Part shown: positions 1 through 8,824 of the stretch, one piece after another | How the letters are laid out: each line of letters opens with the position of its first letter | Numbering within the stretch: the stretch's first letter is position 1 | The notes under the pieces: generated by a model | Database searches by the model: none | What the model saw: only the letters and a program-made list of their open reading frames with translations | Told to the model about the DNA's origin: nothing | Position numbers and translations under genes: made by a program | Assembly (NCBI GenBank): GCA_002315275.1 | Contig: DCGN01000105.1 | Coordinates: forward strand, 1-43,638 | DNA length: 43,638 bases | DNA from: Clostridiales bacterium UBA1777 | GTDB taxonomy: Bacteria; Bacillota; Clostridia; Oscillospirales; Oscillospiraceae | Direction: 5' to 3'

Positions 1-456
1 GATATCAAGACGTGGACGAACGTTGTCACGACGAATGTTATCGGTTATTTTGCACCGGCAAGAGCGGCGGCGCTGCGCTTGATAGAGGCAAAAAAGCCGG
101 GAACGGTCGTGTTTATCGGCTCCATAAACTGCAGAGACGCTATTCCGCACAGAAGCGCGTACGTTGCATCAAAGGGTGCTATCCGCTCTATGACAAAGGG
201 CCTTGCGCTTGATTTTGCGCCGTATGGCATCCGCGTCAACTGCATCATGCCCGGCCCCATCTGGACGACACGCTATGATGCCGACCCCGAAAAGGCCGCA
301 AGAAAGGCAAGCGTTGTGCCTCTCGGCCGTGTTTCTCAGGCAAGCGAGATAGCGAATGCGATATACTTCTTCTCGACCGATGCGTCCGGCAATGCGACCG
401 GCTCCGGCCTCGTGATCGACGGCGGACTTGACAGCGTTGTTGCCGGCGGATACTGA
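1..456 (+). CDS. SDR-family oxidoreductase, 5'-truncated by the window edge (C-terminal ~151 aa)
   Basis: Frame 1 is open from base 1 (DIKTWTNVVTTNVIGYFAPARAA...) to the TGA at 454-456. Carries the SDR catalytic YxxxK (YVASK) and the PG motif (IMPGPIWT). By eye roughly 70-75% identical to the C-terminal half of the 18066-18839 protein. Confidence 0.85.
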   Translation, partial: DIKTWTNVVTTNVIGYFAPARAAALRLIEAKKPGTVVFIGSINCRDAIPHRSAYVASKGAIRSMTKGLALDFAPYGIRVNCIMPGPIWTTRYDADPEKAARKASVVPLGRVSQASEIANAIYFFSTDASGNATGSGLVIDGGLDSVVAGGY

Positions 457-482
457 TCTTTTAATATAAAGGAGCTTCCTTA

Positions 483-1484
483 ATGGAGACCATTTCTTAC
501 GCCTTTCACGCGGTAATGCCTATATTGCTGACGATTTCTCTGGGCTTCGTGCTCATCAGAGTCGGCAAATGGGATCTGAAGTTTTTCAACAGAATGAGCG
601 GCTTCTGCTACCGCATCCTGCTGCCCGTGCAGCTTTTCTATAACGTATATCAGATAGAGGCGCTCAGCGCCGTCAACTGGCGCGTGGTGATCTATGCGAT
701 AATATGGGTGCCGATCGCCATAGCTGTCGGTATGCTTCTCGCGAAGGTGTTTATCCGCGACCCTAGGCAGAAGGGCGTGCTCGTGCTCGCTTCCTTCCGC
801 TCGAATCAGGCGATTCTCGGCCTGCCGCTCGCGGTCGCTCTCGGCGGTGAGGCCGCCGCGCCGATCATGTCGCTCGTTATGAGTATTGGCATCCCGCTTT
901 TCAATATAAGCGCGGTCATCATTCTTGAGGCCTATAATCATGTTGAGGGTAAGAAGACCACGTTCGGCTCGGTGATGAAGGCGGTGTTCACGAACCCTCT
1001 AACGGTCGGCGTCCTTGCGGGTCTCGCCGCTGTCGGTATAAGGCAGCTTATCCCCGTGGTGGACGGTGCTGCCGTGTTCTCGCTGAAAAATCAGCTCCCG
1101 TCTGTCTATAAGGTGATATCCTCGCTATCCGCCGTTGCATCGCCGGTAATGCTCATCTGCCTCGGCGCACAGTTTGACTTCCGCCTCACGGGCAAGCTCC
1201 TGCTGCAGATAGGCCTCGGCGTATTTCTCAGACTCGTGCTTATCCCCGGCCTCGCGATCGTTATCGGATTGCTGATAAAGGACTTCCTCGGCCTCACTGT
1301 CGTCGAAATGCCGATGCTGCTTGCGTTCCTCGCTTCGCCTATAGCCGTTTCGAGCGTGCTTCTCGTGCAGGAGCTAGGAAGCGACGATCAGTATGCAAGC
1401 CAACTCGTCATCTGGTCGAGCGCGCTTTCAATGCTGACGCTGTTTGTCTTCGCGGTCATCCTGCGCTCGATCGGGATGCTCTGA
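483..1484 (+). CDS. AEC (auxin-efflux-carrier / Mem_trans) family permease
   Basis: 333-aa polytopic hydrophobic protein with about 10 predicted helices. N-terminus MPILLTISLGFVLIRVGKWDLKFF is typical of the family. RBS AAGGAG lies 8 nt upstream and an intrinsic terminator follows. Confidence 0.8.
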   Translation: METISYAFHAVMPILLTISLGFVLIRVGKWDLKFFNRMSGFCYRILLPVQLFYNVYQIEALSAVNWRVVIYAIIWVPIAIAVGMLLAKVFIRDPRQKGVLVLASFRSNQAILGLPLAVALGGEAAAPIMSLVMSIGIPLFNISAVIILEAYNHVEGKKTTFGSVMKAVFTNPLTVGVLAGLAAVGIRQLIPVVDGAAVFSLKNQLPSVYKVISSLSAVASPVMLICLGAQFDFRLTGKLLLQIGLGVFLRLVLIPGLAIVIGLLIKDFLGLTVVEMPMLLAFLASPIAVSSVLLVQELGSDDQYASQLVIWSSALSMLTLFVFAVILRSIGML

Positions 1485-1504
1485 TACCAACAAAGAAAAA
1501 ATCG

Positions 1505-1544
1505 CCCGCTTCATTTCGGAGTTCGGAATGAAGCGGGTGTTTTT
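1505..1544. terminator. Bidirectional intrinsic terminator between convergent genes
   Basis: 11-bp perfect stem cccgcttcatt (1505-1515) / aatgaagcggg (1527-1537). An A-tract precedes it (aaagaaaaaa) and tgttttt follows. Confidence 0.8.
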
Positions 1545-2356
1545 CATGTCATATCCCACATGTCGGCCTTCGTTATGCCGACACGCTCTGCGGCGCGGTG
1601 AAGAAGCGCGTGCTTTCCGATGAAGGAGGACGTGCGGTGCGCATCCGAGCCGAAGTAGAATTTGCAGCCGCAGGCCTTCGCGGCGGAGAGAACACGCAGA
1701 TATGTGGGCGAGAGGCCCTCGCTGTCAAGTGTGGTTGTCTCTCTGTAGAGGCAGGCGTGAATCTCTATGGCCTTGCCGCATTTGACCGCTGTCGTGAAGC
1801 AGTCGGCAAGCACGCTGTCGGATATGCCGTTCACGACGGCCTCCTCGCAACCGCTGATTATCGGGTAGAGCGGATGGCATATCGCGGTGGGCACACCGTA
1901 ATCGAGCGAGCAGGCGAAAAGAAAGCGCTCGAGGATGATGTCGCGCAGGCTGTCGGGGGAGGTTATATCGTACTTTGCATAAAATGCGGGGAAATTGTTG
2001 ATGTGGCTCGGAGCAAGGAGAACATAGTCAAAGTATCTGCCGTCCTCAAGGGGGAGAGAGATACCCTGATCGCGGAAGGTCTCGCCCTCGCAGCCGAACA
2101 GGAGCTTCACATCGGACATCTTGCGAAGCTCCTTGATCTCGGGGAGAAGCTTCAGCGCGCGTTCCGTGCCGTTTGCTTCCGGCTGACCGTTTGATCTGAG
2201 CAGCTCCGGAAGATATATGTGGTTCGAGATGCCGATAGTATCGAGCCCCTCGCCCTTGCAGTTATCGAGAAAGGTGTGGACAGTTGTATCTCTCGGCGCG
2301 CAGAGGGAGAGATTAGTGTGCAGATGCAGGTCTGCATTCCAAAGCTCGATCGCCAT
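1544..2356 (-). CDS. PHP-domain metal-dependent phosphoesterase
   Basis: 270 aa. The N-terminal DLHLHTNLS...GISNH pattern is the PHP His motif. Its start overlaps the upstream stop by 1 nt (TAATG), suggesting translational coupling. Confidence 0.7.
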   Translation of the reverse strand: MAIELWNADLHLHTNLSLCAPRDTTVHTFLDNCKGEGLDTIGISNHIYLPELLRSNGQPEANGTERALKLLPEIKELRKMSDVKLLFGCEGETFRDQGISLPLEDGRYFDYVLLAPSHINNFPAFYAKYDITSPDSLRDIILERFLFACSLDYGVPTAICHPLYPIISGCEEAVVNGISDSVLADCFTTAVKCGKAIEIHACLYRETTTLDSEGLSPTYLRVLSAAKACGCKFYFGSDAHRTSSFIGKHALLHRAAERVGITKADMWDMT

Positions 2357-3342
2357 TATCTGCTCGCCTCCAGAACCGCCTTCTGAACGGCGTATTCATA
2401 TTCCTTTGACCACGGATTTTTGATCTCTCCGCGGACTGTTGCGGCGAACTCGGCCATCATGTCATCGTAGCGGCTCCTGAGATAGCCGGGGAACGCGCTT
2501 TGGCTGTATTCCTTATACGGATTTGCGAGGCCGTCCTTATAAAATGTTTCGCGCACGATGGTGGGCTGCTCGAGCGGCTGGACCTTAATTGCACCGAGCG
2601 TGCCGACCACCTTGAGCTGTCTCTCGCCGTAGCCGTTCGGCTCTACGCCGCTCGCTCTTACGGTGCAGGCGCACCCGGGGTATTTGAAAAGCGCAAAGCA
2701 GTTGTCGAGCGAGCCGTCATCCTCAAAGCCGGTTGAGCAGTTGAAGCTCTCGATGCCGTCGGGTGTGCCGAGCAGCTGCATTATCATATCAATGCTGTGG
2801 CAGCCGAGGAAGAACATCATGCCGCCGTCAAACTGCTTGAGCCACTTTTTCTTCTTCGCGTCATACTGAACGCTGAAGGAGGTGTCTATGGAGGTTACCG
2901 TGCCGAGCTTGCCGCTCTGCACGGCATTACGGACGTACACCATTGCGGGGTTATATCTGTACATATAGCCCATCTGCACGGTGAGACCCTTTTCATCGGC
3001 GCTGTCGAGGAGACGGCCGAACGCCGCAAGGTCTGTTCCGCCGGGCTTGTCGAGATGGACGAACTTACCTGCATCGATGCACTTCTGCGCATCGGATACG
3101 CTGCGAAGCTCGTGCCCCTCGCACACAACGGCCTCGATGTCGTCTCTCGAGAGAAGCTCGTCCTCGCTCATCCAGCGAAGACCGTTATAAACGGGGAAAT
3201 GGTCAAATTCTCTGCGCATCTGTTCATCAGGCTCGCAAATGCCGACTACCTCGAAGAGATCGGGGCGGTCAAGCAGCGCGGCCATCGTGTTCGAGCTGTG
3301 ATCGTGGGCTATGCCGAAATGCGCTATCTTAATTCTTCTCAT
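2356..3342 (-). CDS. Gfo/Idh/MocA-family NAD(P)-dependent oxidoreductase
   Basis: 328 aa. N-terminal Rossmann segment IKIAHFGIAHDH plus the EKP-like HLDKPG motif characteristic of the family. RBS AGGAGA. Confidence 0.8.
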   Translation of the reverse strand: MRRIKIAHFGIAHDHSSNTMAALLDRPDLFEVVGICEPDEQMRREFDHFPVYNGLRWMSEDELLSRDDIEAVVCEGHELRSVSDAQKCIDAGKFVHLDKPGGTDLAAFGRLLDSADEKGLTVQMGYMYRYNPAMVYVRNAVQSGKLGTVTSIDTSFSVQYDAKKKKWLKQFDGGMMFFLGCHSIDMIMQLLGTPDGIESFNCSTGFEDDGSLDNCFALFKYPGCACTVRASGVEPNGYGERQLKVVGTLGAIKVQPLEQPTIVRETFYKDGLANPYKEYSQSAFPGYLRSRYDDMMAEFAATVRGEIKNPWSKEYEYAVQKAVLEASR

Positions 3343-3384
3343 TACTTATCTCCTGATCGTTCATTATCCGCGGGACAGCGCTAT

Positions 3385-4020
3385 TCAATCTTCTTTGGGC
3401 TCATCGGAAATATACTTCCTGAATACCCTGCGGAAGAGCGTCGTGTTCAGCCTTGCGATGGCACCGAAGCCGAAGAAGGGCCATATCAGCGCGGAGAACC
3501 AGAAAAGATCGGGCAGGAGGACGAGTATCAGCACGGGGATGAGGTCGATAAACAGCACGAGGACAGACGTAAGCGGATGCGTCATTGAAAAAGCGAAGGC
3601 GTTTTTCAGCGTGTTCTTAACGGAGTTATCAAACTGGGCATTGAGGGGGAAGATGTATGCTCCGATGAAGCCGAGCACGAGCGCGGACATGACGCAGGCA
3701 AAGGCCATAATGCCTGTGGCCTTCGCGGCGGAGAGCATCCATATATCAAAGGCGATTATCAGATATATGGGGAACGAAGCGAGAAAAAGGAGCGTGCCGG
3801 ATTTGAAATTGCTCTTGAACGCCGCCCAGAACTGGCCGACCGTCGGGCCGCCTTTGTCATCAGCTAAGTTGAGCGCAACTCTGTACATAGCGGTAGTCGA
3901 TGCGCCGATGGTGAATACGGGCAGGCAGAACAGGATCCACATGAAGCTGATTATTGCGAGGTCAGCTACCAGCGTGAGCGTGGTAATTATAGGTGATTCA
4001 AACGAAAACAGCTTGTTCAT
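3385..4020 (-). CDS. YesL-family (DUF624) integral membrane protein
   Basis: 211 aa. N-terminus FESPIITTLTLVADLAIISFMWILFCLPVFTIGASTTAMY is typical of DUF624 proteins found in Firmicute sugar loci. RBS AGGAGGG. Confidence 0.75.
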   Translation of the reverse strand: MNKLFSFESPIITTLTLVADLAIISFMWILFCLPVFTIGASTTAMYRVALNLADDKGGPTVGQFWAAFKSNFKSGTLLFLASFPIYLIIAFDIWMLSAAKATGIMAFACVMSALVLGFIGAYIFPLNAQFDNSVKNTLKNAFAFSMTHPLTSVLVLFIDLIPVLILVLLPDLFWFSALIWPFFGFGAIARLNTTLFRRVFRKYISDEPKED

Positions 4021-4038
4021 GGAGCCCTCCTGAATGAT

Positions 4039-4971
4039 TTATATCGTGCCTACGCTCGAAACGAGAGCGCGGACGGAGCCGGTTACCTCGTATTTGCCGG
4101 AGAATGCGGGAAGAAATATACTGTCGCCCTTTTTGCAAACGAGCTCTTCACTGCCGCACTTGACTGTTCCCTCTCCCTCAAGAACGAGAATAGAGACGAA
4201 GGACTCGTCTCCGCAGAGGTCTGACCACGGGGCAGTTTTGGAGTCAGCCGTGAAGTACGCGCATCTTACGAGATGCCCGCCGAAGTTATAGTCTGTCTTG
4301 GGAGGCGTGAGCAGCGTTACGCGGATAGCCTGCGGAATGTGAAGCTGTCTGGGCTTGCCGTCAGCGCCGACACGGTTATAGTCAAATACACGGTAGGTGA
4401 CGTTGGAGCTCTGCTGTACCTCGGCTATGAGGATGCCCTTGCATATTGCGTGGATCGTCCCTGCGGGGATAAAAAACATATCGCCCTTCTTAACAGGGAC
4501 CTTGTTGAGCACATCGGTGAGAGTGCCGTTTTCGATGCGGGCGCGGAACTCATCTTCGGATATTTCGTGGTCAAAGCCGTAGTAGAGATATGCGTCGGGC
4601 TCGGCATCGATAACGTACCACATCTCGGTCTTGCCGTACTGATGCTCGTGCTCGAGCGCGTCGATGTTGTTCGGATGCACCTGAACGGAGAGATTGCCCT
4701 GCGCGTCGATAAGCTTGATAAGGATCGGAAAATCGGAGAATATCTGGCAGTTGCTGCCGAGAACGCGGCGGCCGTTTTTTTCAATGTAGTCGACGAGCGT
4801 CATTCCGTCAAACTCTCCGCCGTCAATGACGGAAAGGCCGTCGGGATGGCAGGAAAGCTCCCAGCTCTCGGCCATGCGGTCCTTATCGGTCTGCTTGCCG
4901 AACTCATCTATAAGCCTGCGGCCGCCCCAAAGGTAATCCTTGCAGGCGGGCTTTAATTTCAGAATGGGCAT
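4039..4971 (-). CDS. manA: Mannose-6-phosphate isomerase, class I
   Basis: 310 aa. Has the KDYLWGG N-terminal motif and a cupin core with QVHP...HEH...E metal ligands (LSVQVHPNN, TEMWYV, IPAGTIHA). RBS AAGGAG. Confidence 0.85.
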   Translation of the reverse strand: MPILKLKPACKDYLWGGRRLIDEFGKQTDKDRMAESWELSCHPDGLSVIDGGEFDGMTLVDYIEKNGRRVLGSNCQIFSDFPILIKLIDAQGNLSVQVHPNNIDALEHEHQYGKTEMWYVIDAEPDAYLYYGFDHEISEDEFRARIENGTLTDVLNKVPVKKGDMFFIPAGTIHAICKGILIAEVQQSSNVTYRVFDYNRVGADGKPRQLHIPQAIRVTLLTPPKTDYNFGGHLVRCAYFTADSKTAPWSDLCGDESFVSILVLEGEGTVKCGSEELVCKKGDSIFLPAFSGKYEVTGSVRALVSSVGTI

Positions 4972-4985
4972 TTTGTGAAGCTCCT

Positions 4986-6668
4986 TTATATTTTCGTCAG
5001 CTCTCCGCAGGCGGACATAAGTGCCTTGAGTATGCCGTCGGCATCGCTTTCGGTTCCGCCGCGGACGGAGAGATACATTTTCAGCTTGGGCTCTGTGCCG
5101 GACGGGCGCACCATGACCTTTGCCTTGCCCTCGAGCGCAAACTCGAGCACGTCGGCAGAGGGAAGGCCGGTGCTGCCGCCTTTATAATCGGCAACGGAGA
5201 TAACGGCTTTTCCCGCGACGGACTTCGGCGGCTCGGTGCGGAGCTTGTCCATCAGCGCCTTCATCGTGCGCATGCCGGCCTCTCCTGGGAAGGAGAACAC
5301 GGCAAGACCGTTTTTGTAAAAGCCGTACTCGGCGTACAGCGCATTGAGCACGTTCAGAAGAGACTTGCCCCGCTTCTTGTAATAGCTTGCCGCCTGGCAG
5401 ACGAGCATAACGGCGTTGACGGCGTCCTTGTCGCGCACATGGCTGCCGGATAGATAGCCGTAGCTCTCCTCAAAGCCGAAGATGAATCTCCCGGCCTCGC
5501 CGCCTTTTTCAAGAAGACCGATCTGATCGCCGATGTACTTGAAGCCGGTAAGCGTGCGGCGAAGCTCAACGCCGTAATGCTCTGCGACGGCATCAGCCAT
5601 GTCGGTGGAAACTATAGTTGTAACCGCAACGGGAGAAGCGGGCATGGTGCCGCTTGCGATGCGCTCCCTGCAGATGAAATCAAGCATAATGAGGCCGAGC
5701 TCGTTGCCGGTGATAAGCTTGTACGAGCCGTCATCCGCGCGAACGGCGATGCCGCATCGGTCGCAGTCGGGGTCGGTGCCGATGAGGAGGTCGGGCTGAA
5801 CCTTATCACACAGCTTGAGACCCTCCATCATGGCCTCTTGTATTTCGGGATTGGGGTACGGACAGGTCGGGAAGCTCCCGTCGGGCTTTTCCTGCGCGGG
5901 AACAACGGTGACATCGGAAACACCGATGCGCTCCAGAAGCATGCGGACGGGCTCAAGGCCGCTTCCGCAAAGAGGGGTGTAGACGAGCTTGAGGTTATCG
6001 CACTTGCCGGTAATAACGCTGTTTTTCAGCACCGCGTCAATAAACTCGCTTAAAACGCTGTCGCTGTTATACTTGACGAGTCCTTTGCCGACAGCCTCAT
6101 CGAGAGCAAGAGTGTGTACGCCGTCAAAGCAGTCGACAGCGCCGATAAAGCGGGTGATGGCATCGGCGGCCTCGTTGGTTATCTGGCAGCCGTCAGGCCC
6201 GTAGACCTTGTAGCCGTTATATGCGGCGGGGTTGTGGCTTGCCGTGATGCATATGCCTGCGCCGCAGCTGAAATATCTCACAGCCCAGGAGAGAGCGGGA
6301 GTCGGCTCAAGGCGGGGATAGATATGAACGCTTATGCCGTTTGCCGCGAGAACGGATGCGGCTTCCGCGGCGAAAACATCGCTCTTGATGCGGCTGTCAT
6401 AAGCTATTGCCGCAGACTTGGGAAGATCGGACGAATTGAGATAGTCTGCAAGGCCCTGAGTTGCCTTGCGTACCATATAGATGTTCATGCGGTTTGTGCC
6501 GACGCCGATAGTGCCGCGAAGGCCGCCCGTACCGAAGGCAAGCTCGCTTGTGAAAGCGTCCTCTATCTCGGTGTCGGAAAGCGTATCGAGCAAAGAGAAA
6601 AGCTCCCTATCGGACACGCGGCTTTTCCATATTTCATATCTGCTTCGAGCGATGTCGTTCATTTTCAT
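4986..6668 (-). CDS. Phospho-sugar mutase (phosphomannomutase / phosphoglucomutase, PgcA-like)
   Basis: 560 aa. Active-site phosphoserine loop TASHNPAAYNGYKVY, Mg loop GTDPDCDR and sugar loop GFEESYG. Confidence 0.88.
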   Translation of the reverse strand: MKMNDIARSRYEIWKSRVSDRELFSLLDTLSDTEIEDAFTSELAFGTGGLRGTIGVGTNRMNIYMVRKATQGLADYLNSSDLPKSAAIAYDSRIKSDVFAAEAASVLAANGISVHIYPRLEPTPALSWAVRYFSCGAGICITASHNPAAYNGYKVYGPDGCQITNEAADAITRFIGAVDCFDGVHTLALDEAVGKGLVKYNSDSVLSEFIDAVLKNSVITGKCDNLKLVYTPLCGSGLEPVRMLLERIGVSDVTVVPAQEKPDGSFPTCPYPNPEIQEAMMEGLKLCDKVQPDLLIGTDPDCDRCGIAVRADDGSYKLITGNELGLIMLDFICRERIASGTMPASPVAVTTIVSTDMADAVAEHYGVELRRTLTGFKYIGDQIGLLEKGGEAGRFIFGFEESYGYLSGSHVRDKDAVNAVMLVCQAASYYKKRGKSLLNVLNALYAEYGFYKNGLAVFSFPGEAGMRTMKALMDKLRTEPPKSVAGKAVISVADYKGGSTGLPSADVLEFALEGKAKVMVRPSGTEPKLKMYLSVRGGTESDADGILKALMSACGELTKI

Positions 6669-6692
6669 AGTACCTCGTTTAAATAAAAGGTA

Positions 6693-6717
6693 GGGCGGCA
6701 GAGCAGCTCTGCCGCCC
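6693..6717 (-). terminator. Intrinsic terminator after the GH130 gene (internal to the minus-strand gene string)
   Basis: GC-rich stem gggcggcaga / tctgccgccc with a 5-nt loop. On the minus strand it is followed by ccttttattt, and the next RBS and ATG lie immediately after. Confidence 0.7.
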
Positions 6718-6743
6718 TTTCAGGCTATATTTTATAATTTTAA

Positions 6744-7664
6744 TTACTGATTTGCAAGGCAAAGCTCAATGAGCTCGTTGATATTGCCGGTTGCGAGGCC
6801 GATATTGGTGTCAGCAGCGCCGTAGTAGATCCGGAGAGTGCCGTCATCCTCGGGGATGGCGTTGCAGGTGAAGACAACGTTGTTGACGCGGCCGCGGTTT
6901 TCGTACTCGTGCTCGGGCCAAAGAATGAAGTCCTTCGTGTAGCCGATGATAACGGAGGGGTCATTGATATCGAGAAGCATTGCCTTGAGGCGGTAGATGA
7001 AGCCGTTGCAGGTGGTGGAAACGGTGTGGTAGATCTCGAGCCAGCCCTTTTCGGTGCGGATGGGAACTGCGCCTGCGCCCATTTTGAAGCCATCCATGAA
7101 TGGCTTGCCGTGGTAGGTGACAGGTCTGCTCTTGCCCCAGAAAATGAGGTCGGGGGAGTAGCTCATCCACATGGAGCAGGGCTCGAGCTCATTGCCGAAG
7201 GGACGGTCGAAGCGGGCGTAAAGACCGTCGATCTTTTCGGGGAACAGAGCGCCGTTGCGGTTGCCGAGCTCGGAAGCGGTGCAGACTCTCTCAAAGCTCT
7301 CAAAATCGCGGGTCTTCATCAGGCCGATGCGGACGTTGTTCTGGGAGAGGTCGCTTGCGTACATGAGGTAATAATCGTCGCCAATCTTGGTGATGCGGGG
7401 ATCGTAGGTGCAGGTCTCGGGATGGTAGGGGTCTACGGGAGGCATCGGCAGGGGCTCGGGATCGGGAACGAAGTGAATGCCGTCATCGCTGCGGGCGATC
7501 CAAAGTCTGTGAATATCATCAAGAGTGGTGGTGTCCATGACGAGGATGTACTTGCCGTTGAACTTGATGGCGCCGGGATTGAAGGTGTAGAGCACCTCCC
7601 GGGGCATCATTGCAGGGGTGACGACGGGGTTGTTTTCATACTTTTCGAGAACGCGCTTTTTCAT
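6744..7664 (-). CDS. GH130 beta-mannoside phosphorylase
   Basis: NPVVTP...FNPGAIKFNGKYIL...YDPRITKIGDDYYLMY...GWLEIYH...NVVF...RIYYGAADT matches the GH130 five-bladed propeller pattern. I place the start at ATG 7664 (MKKRVLEKY) because AGGAGGAA sits 7 nt upstream. The track start at 7712 would overlap the upstream gene. Confidence 0.88.
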   Translation of the reverse strand: MKKRVLEKYENNPVVTPAMMPREVLYTFNPGAIKFNGKYILVMDTTTLDDIHRLWIARSDDGIHFVPDPEPLPMPPVDPYHPETCTYDPRITKIGDDYYLMYASDLSQNNVRIGLMKTRDFESFERVCTASELGNRNGALFPEKIDGLYARFDRPFGNELEPCSMWMSYSPDLIFWGKSRPVTYHGKPFMDGFKMGAGAVPIRTEKGWLEIYHTVSTTCNGFIYRLKAMLLDINDPSVIIGYTKDFILWPEHEYENRGRVNNVVFTCNAIPEDDGTLRIYYGAADTNIGLATGNINELIELCLANQ

Positions 7665-7708
7665 TATTGGTTCCTCCTGAATCTTGCCGAGCATTTCGGC
7701 CGTTTTTA

Positions 7709-8812
7709 TCATAATTTTTCAATTATTTTCTGAGTGATGGGCAGCAGGTCGAGCTTTTTATAAACGGTCTTTGCCTGCAGAACATGCTGAACATAGAAAA
7801 GGGTCATCTCGTGCGCGGGGTCAACTGCCGGGAATGCCCCCGCAGCGCCCTCCCAGCCGAAATCGGTAAGGCCCGTGCCTTCGCGCGGACAGCGGATTCC
7901 GAGACCGTAACCGTAGCCGTATTTGGCCAAGAACGGTGTTGTGGCATAGCAGCTTTCAAGCTGACGGTCGTTGAGCTGATTCGTTGCCATAAGGTCTACA
8001 GTCTCTTTTTTCAGTATGACATCGCCTATGCGGATCGCCTCAAGAAACTTGATGTAATCCTCAACTGTCGTGACACAGCCCGCCCCGCCGCTCTCGTATG
8101 CGTAACCGTGCCGGTGCGGCGCAGTCTTGGGAACGGCAATGAGCCTGTTTTCGGCCTCGTCCCATCTGTAGTGCGCCACTACAGAGTCAAGCTCCTGATC
8201 GGGGAGAGAATATGTGGAGTGAGCCATGCCGAGAGGGTAAAAGATGTTTTTCTTTACATATTCGCCGAGCGTCATGCCAGAGATGACCTCGATGACTGCG
8301 CCTATTATATCATGGCTTAAACCGTAATTAAAGCGATCACCCGGCTCAAATAAAAGCGGCATCTGCGCAAGGTAAGGCATAAGCTCGCGCGTCTGACAGC
8401 GGCCGCCGGTTTCCCTGCGGCATTGATCGATAAGCGGAGAGCGCGTATCGTAGGAATAGCCGGAGGTCATCGTGAGCAGATGGCGGATGGTTATCTGCTT
8501 TTTTGCAGGGATGATCCCATTGTCGGTCTGAACGCTCATGTGCTCGAACTCGGGCAGATAGAGATAGAGCGGATCGTCAAGCTTGAATTCGCCCTTCTCA
8601 TAGAGCTGCATCATCGCGGTGGCGGTGATGTGCTTGGTGCTGGAATATATGTTGTATCGCTCGTTCCCGGTGAGAGGAACGGAGTTTTCGTAATCGGAAC
8701 AGCCTGAGAAATGGCGGTAGACACATTCACCGCGATGATAGACTATACAGTCAAGCGCGGGAATATCGAGCGCACGGAAGCTCTCAAGCTCATTTGTGAG
8801 GCTTTTAAACAT
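7709..8812 (-). CDS. Beta-lactamase-fold serine hydrolase (class C / esterase EstB-like), copy 1
   Basis: 367 aa. SxxK nucleophile motif in YSSTKHITA and a Tyr motif region (YGLSHD). No signal peptide. RBS AAGGAGA. Paralogue of 24865-25968. Confidence 0.8.
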   Translation of the reverse strand: MFKSLTNELESFRALDIPALDCIVYHRGECVYRHFSGCSDYENSVPLTGNERYNIYSSTKHITATAMMQLYEKGEFKLDDPLYLYLPEFEHMSVQTDNGIIPAKKQITIRHLLTMTSGYSYDTRSPLIDQCRRETGGRCQTRELMPYLAQMPLLFEPGDRFNYGLSHDIIGAVIEVISGMTLGEYVKKNIFYPLGMAHSTYSLPDQELDSVVAHYRWDEAENRLIAVPKTAPHRHGYAYESGGAGCVTTVEDYIKFLEAIRIGDVILKKETVDLMATNQLNDRQLESCYATTPFLAKYGYGYGLGIRCPREGTGLTDFGWEGAAGAFPAVDPAHEMTLFYVQHVLQAKTVYKKLDLLPITQKIIEKL

Positions 8813-8824
8813 TGCGGTGTCTCC

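Noticed and set aside
2797-4033. Plus-strand ORFs 2797-3588 (263 aa) and 3311-4033 (240 aa)
   Set aside because: They lie opposite the Gfo/Idh/MocA and YesL genes, which have clear family signatures and RBSs, and they span the intergenic gap without a start context.
7665-7712. Upstream extension of the GH130 ORF (track start 7712) and similar extensions at 22461-22541, 24844-24864, 27565-27594, 30976-30993, 38603-38620 and 39528-39539
   Set aside because: In each case an internal ATG with a well-spaced GGAGG-type RBS gives a protein that begins where the family normally begins. The longer forms overlap the upstream gene or promoter.
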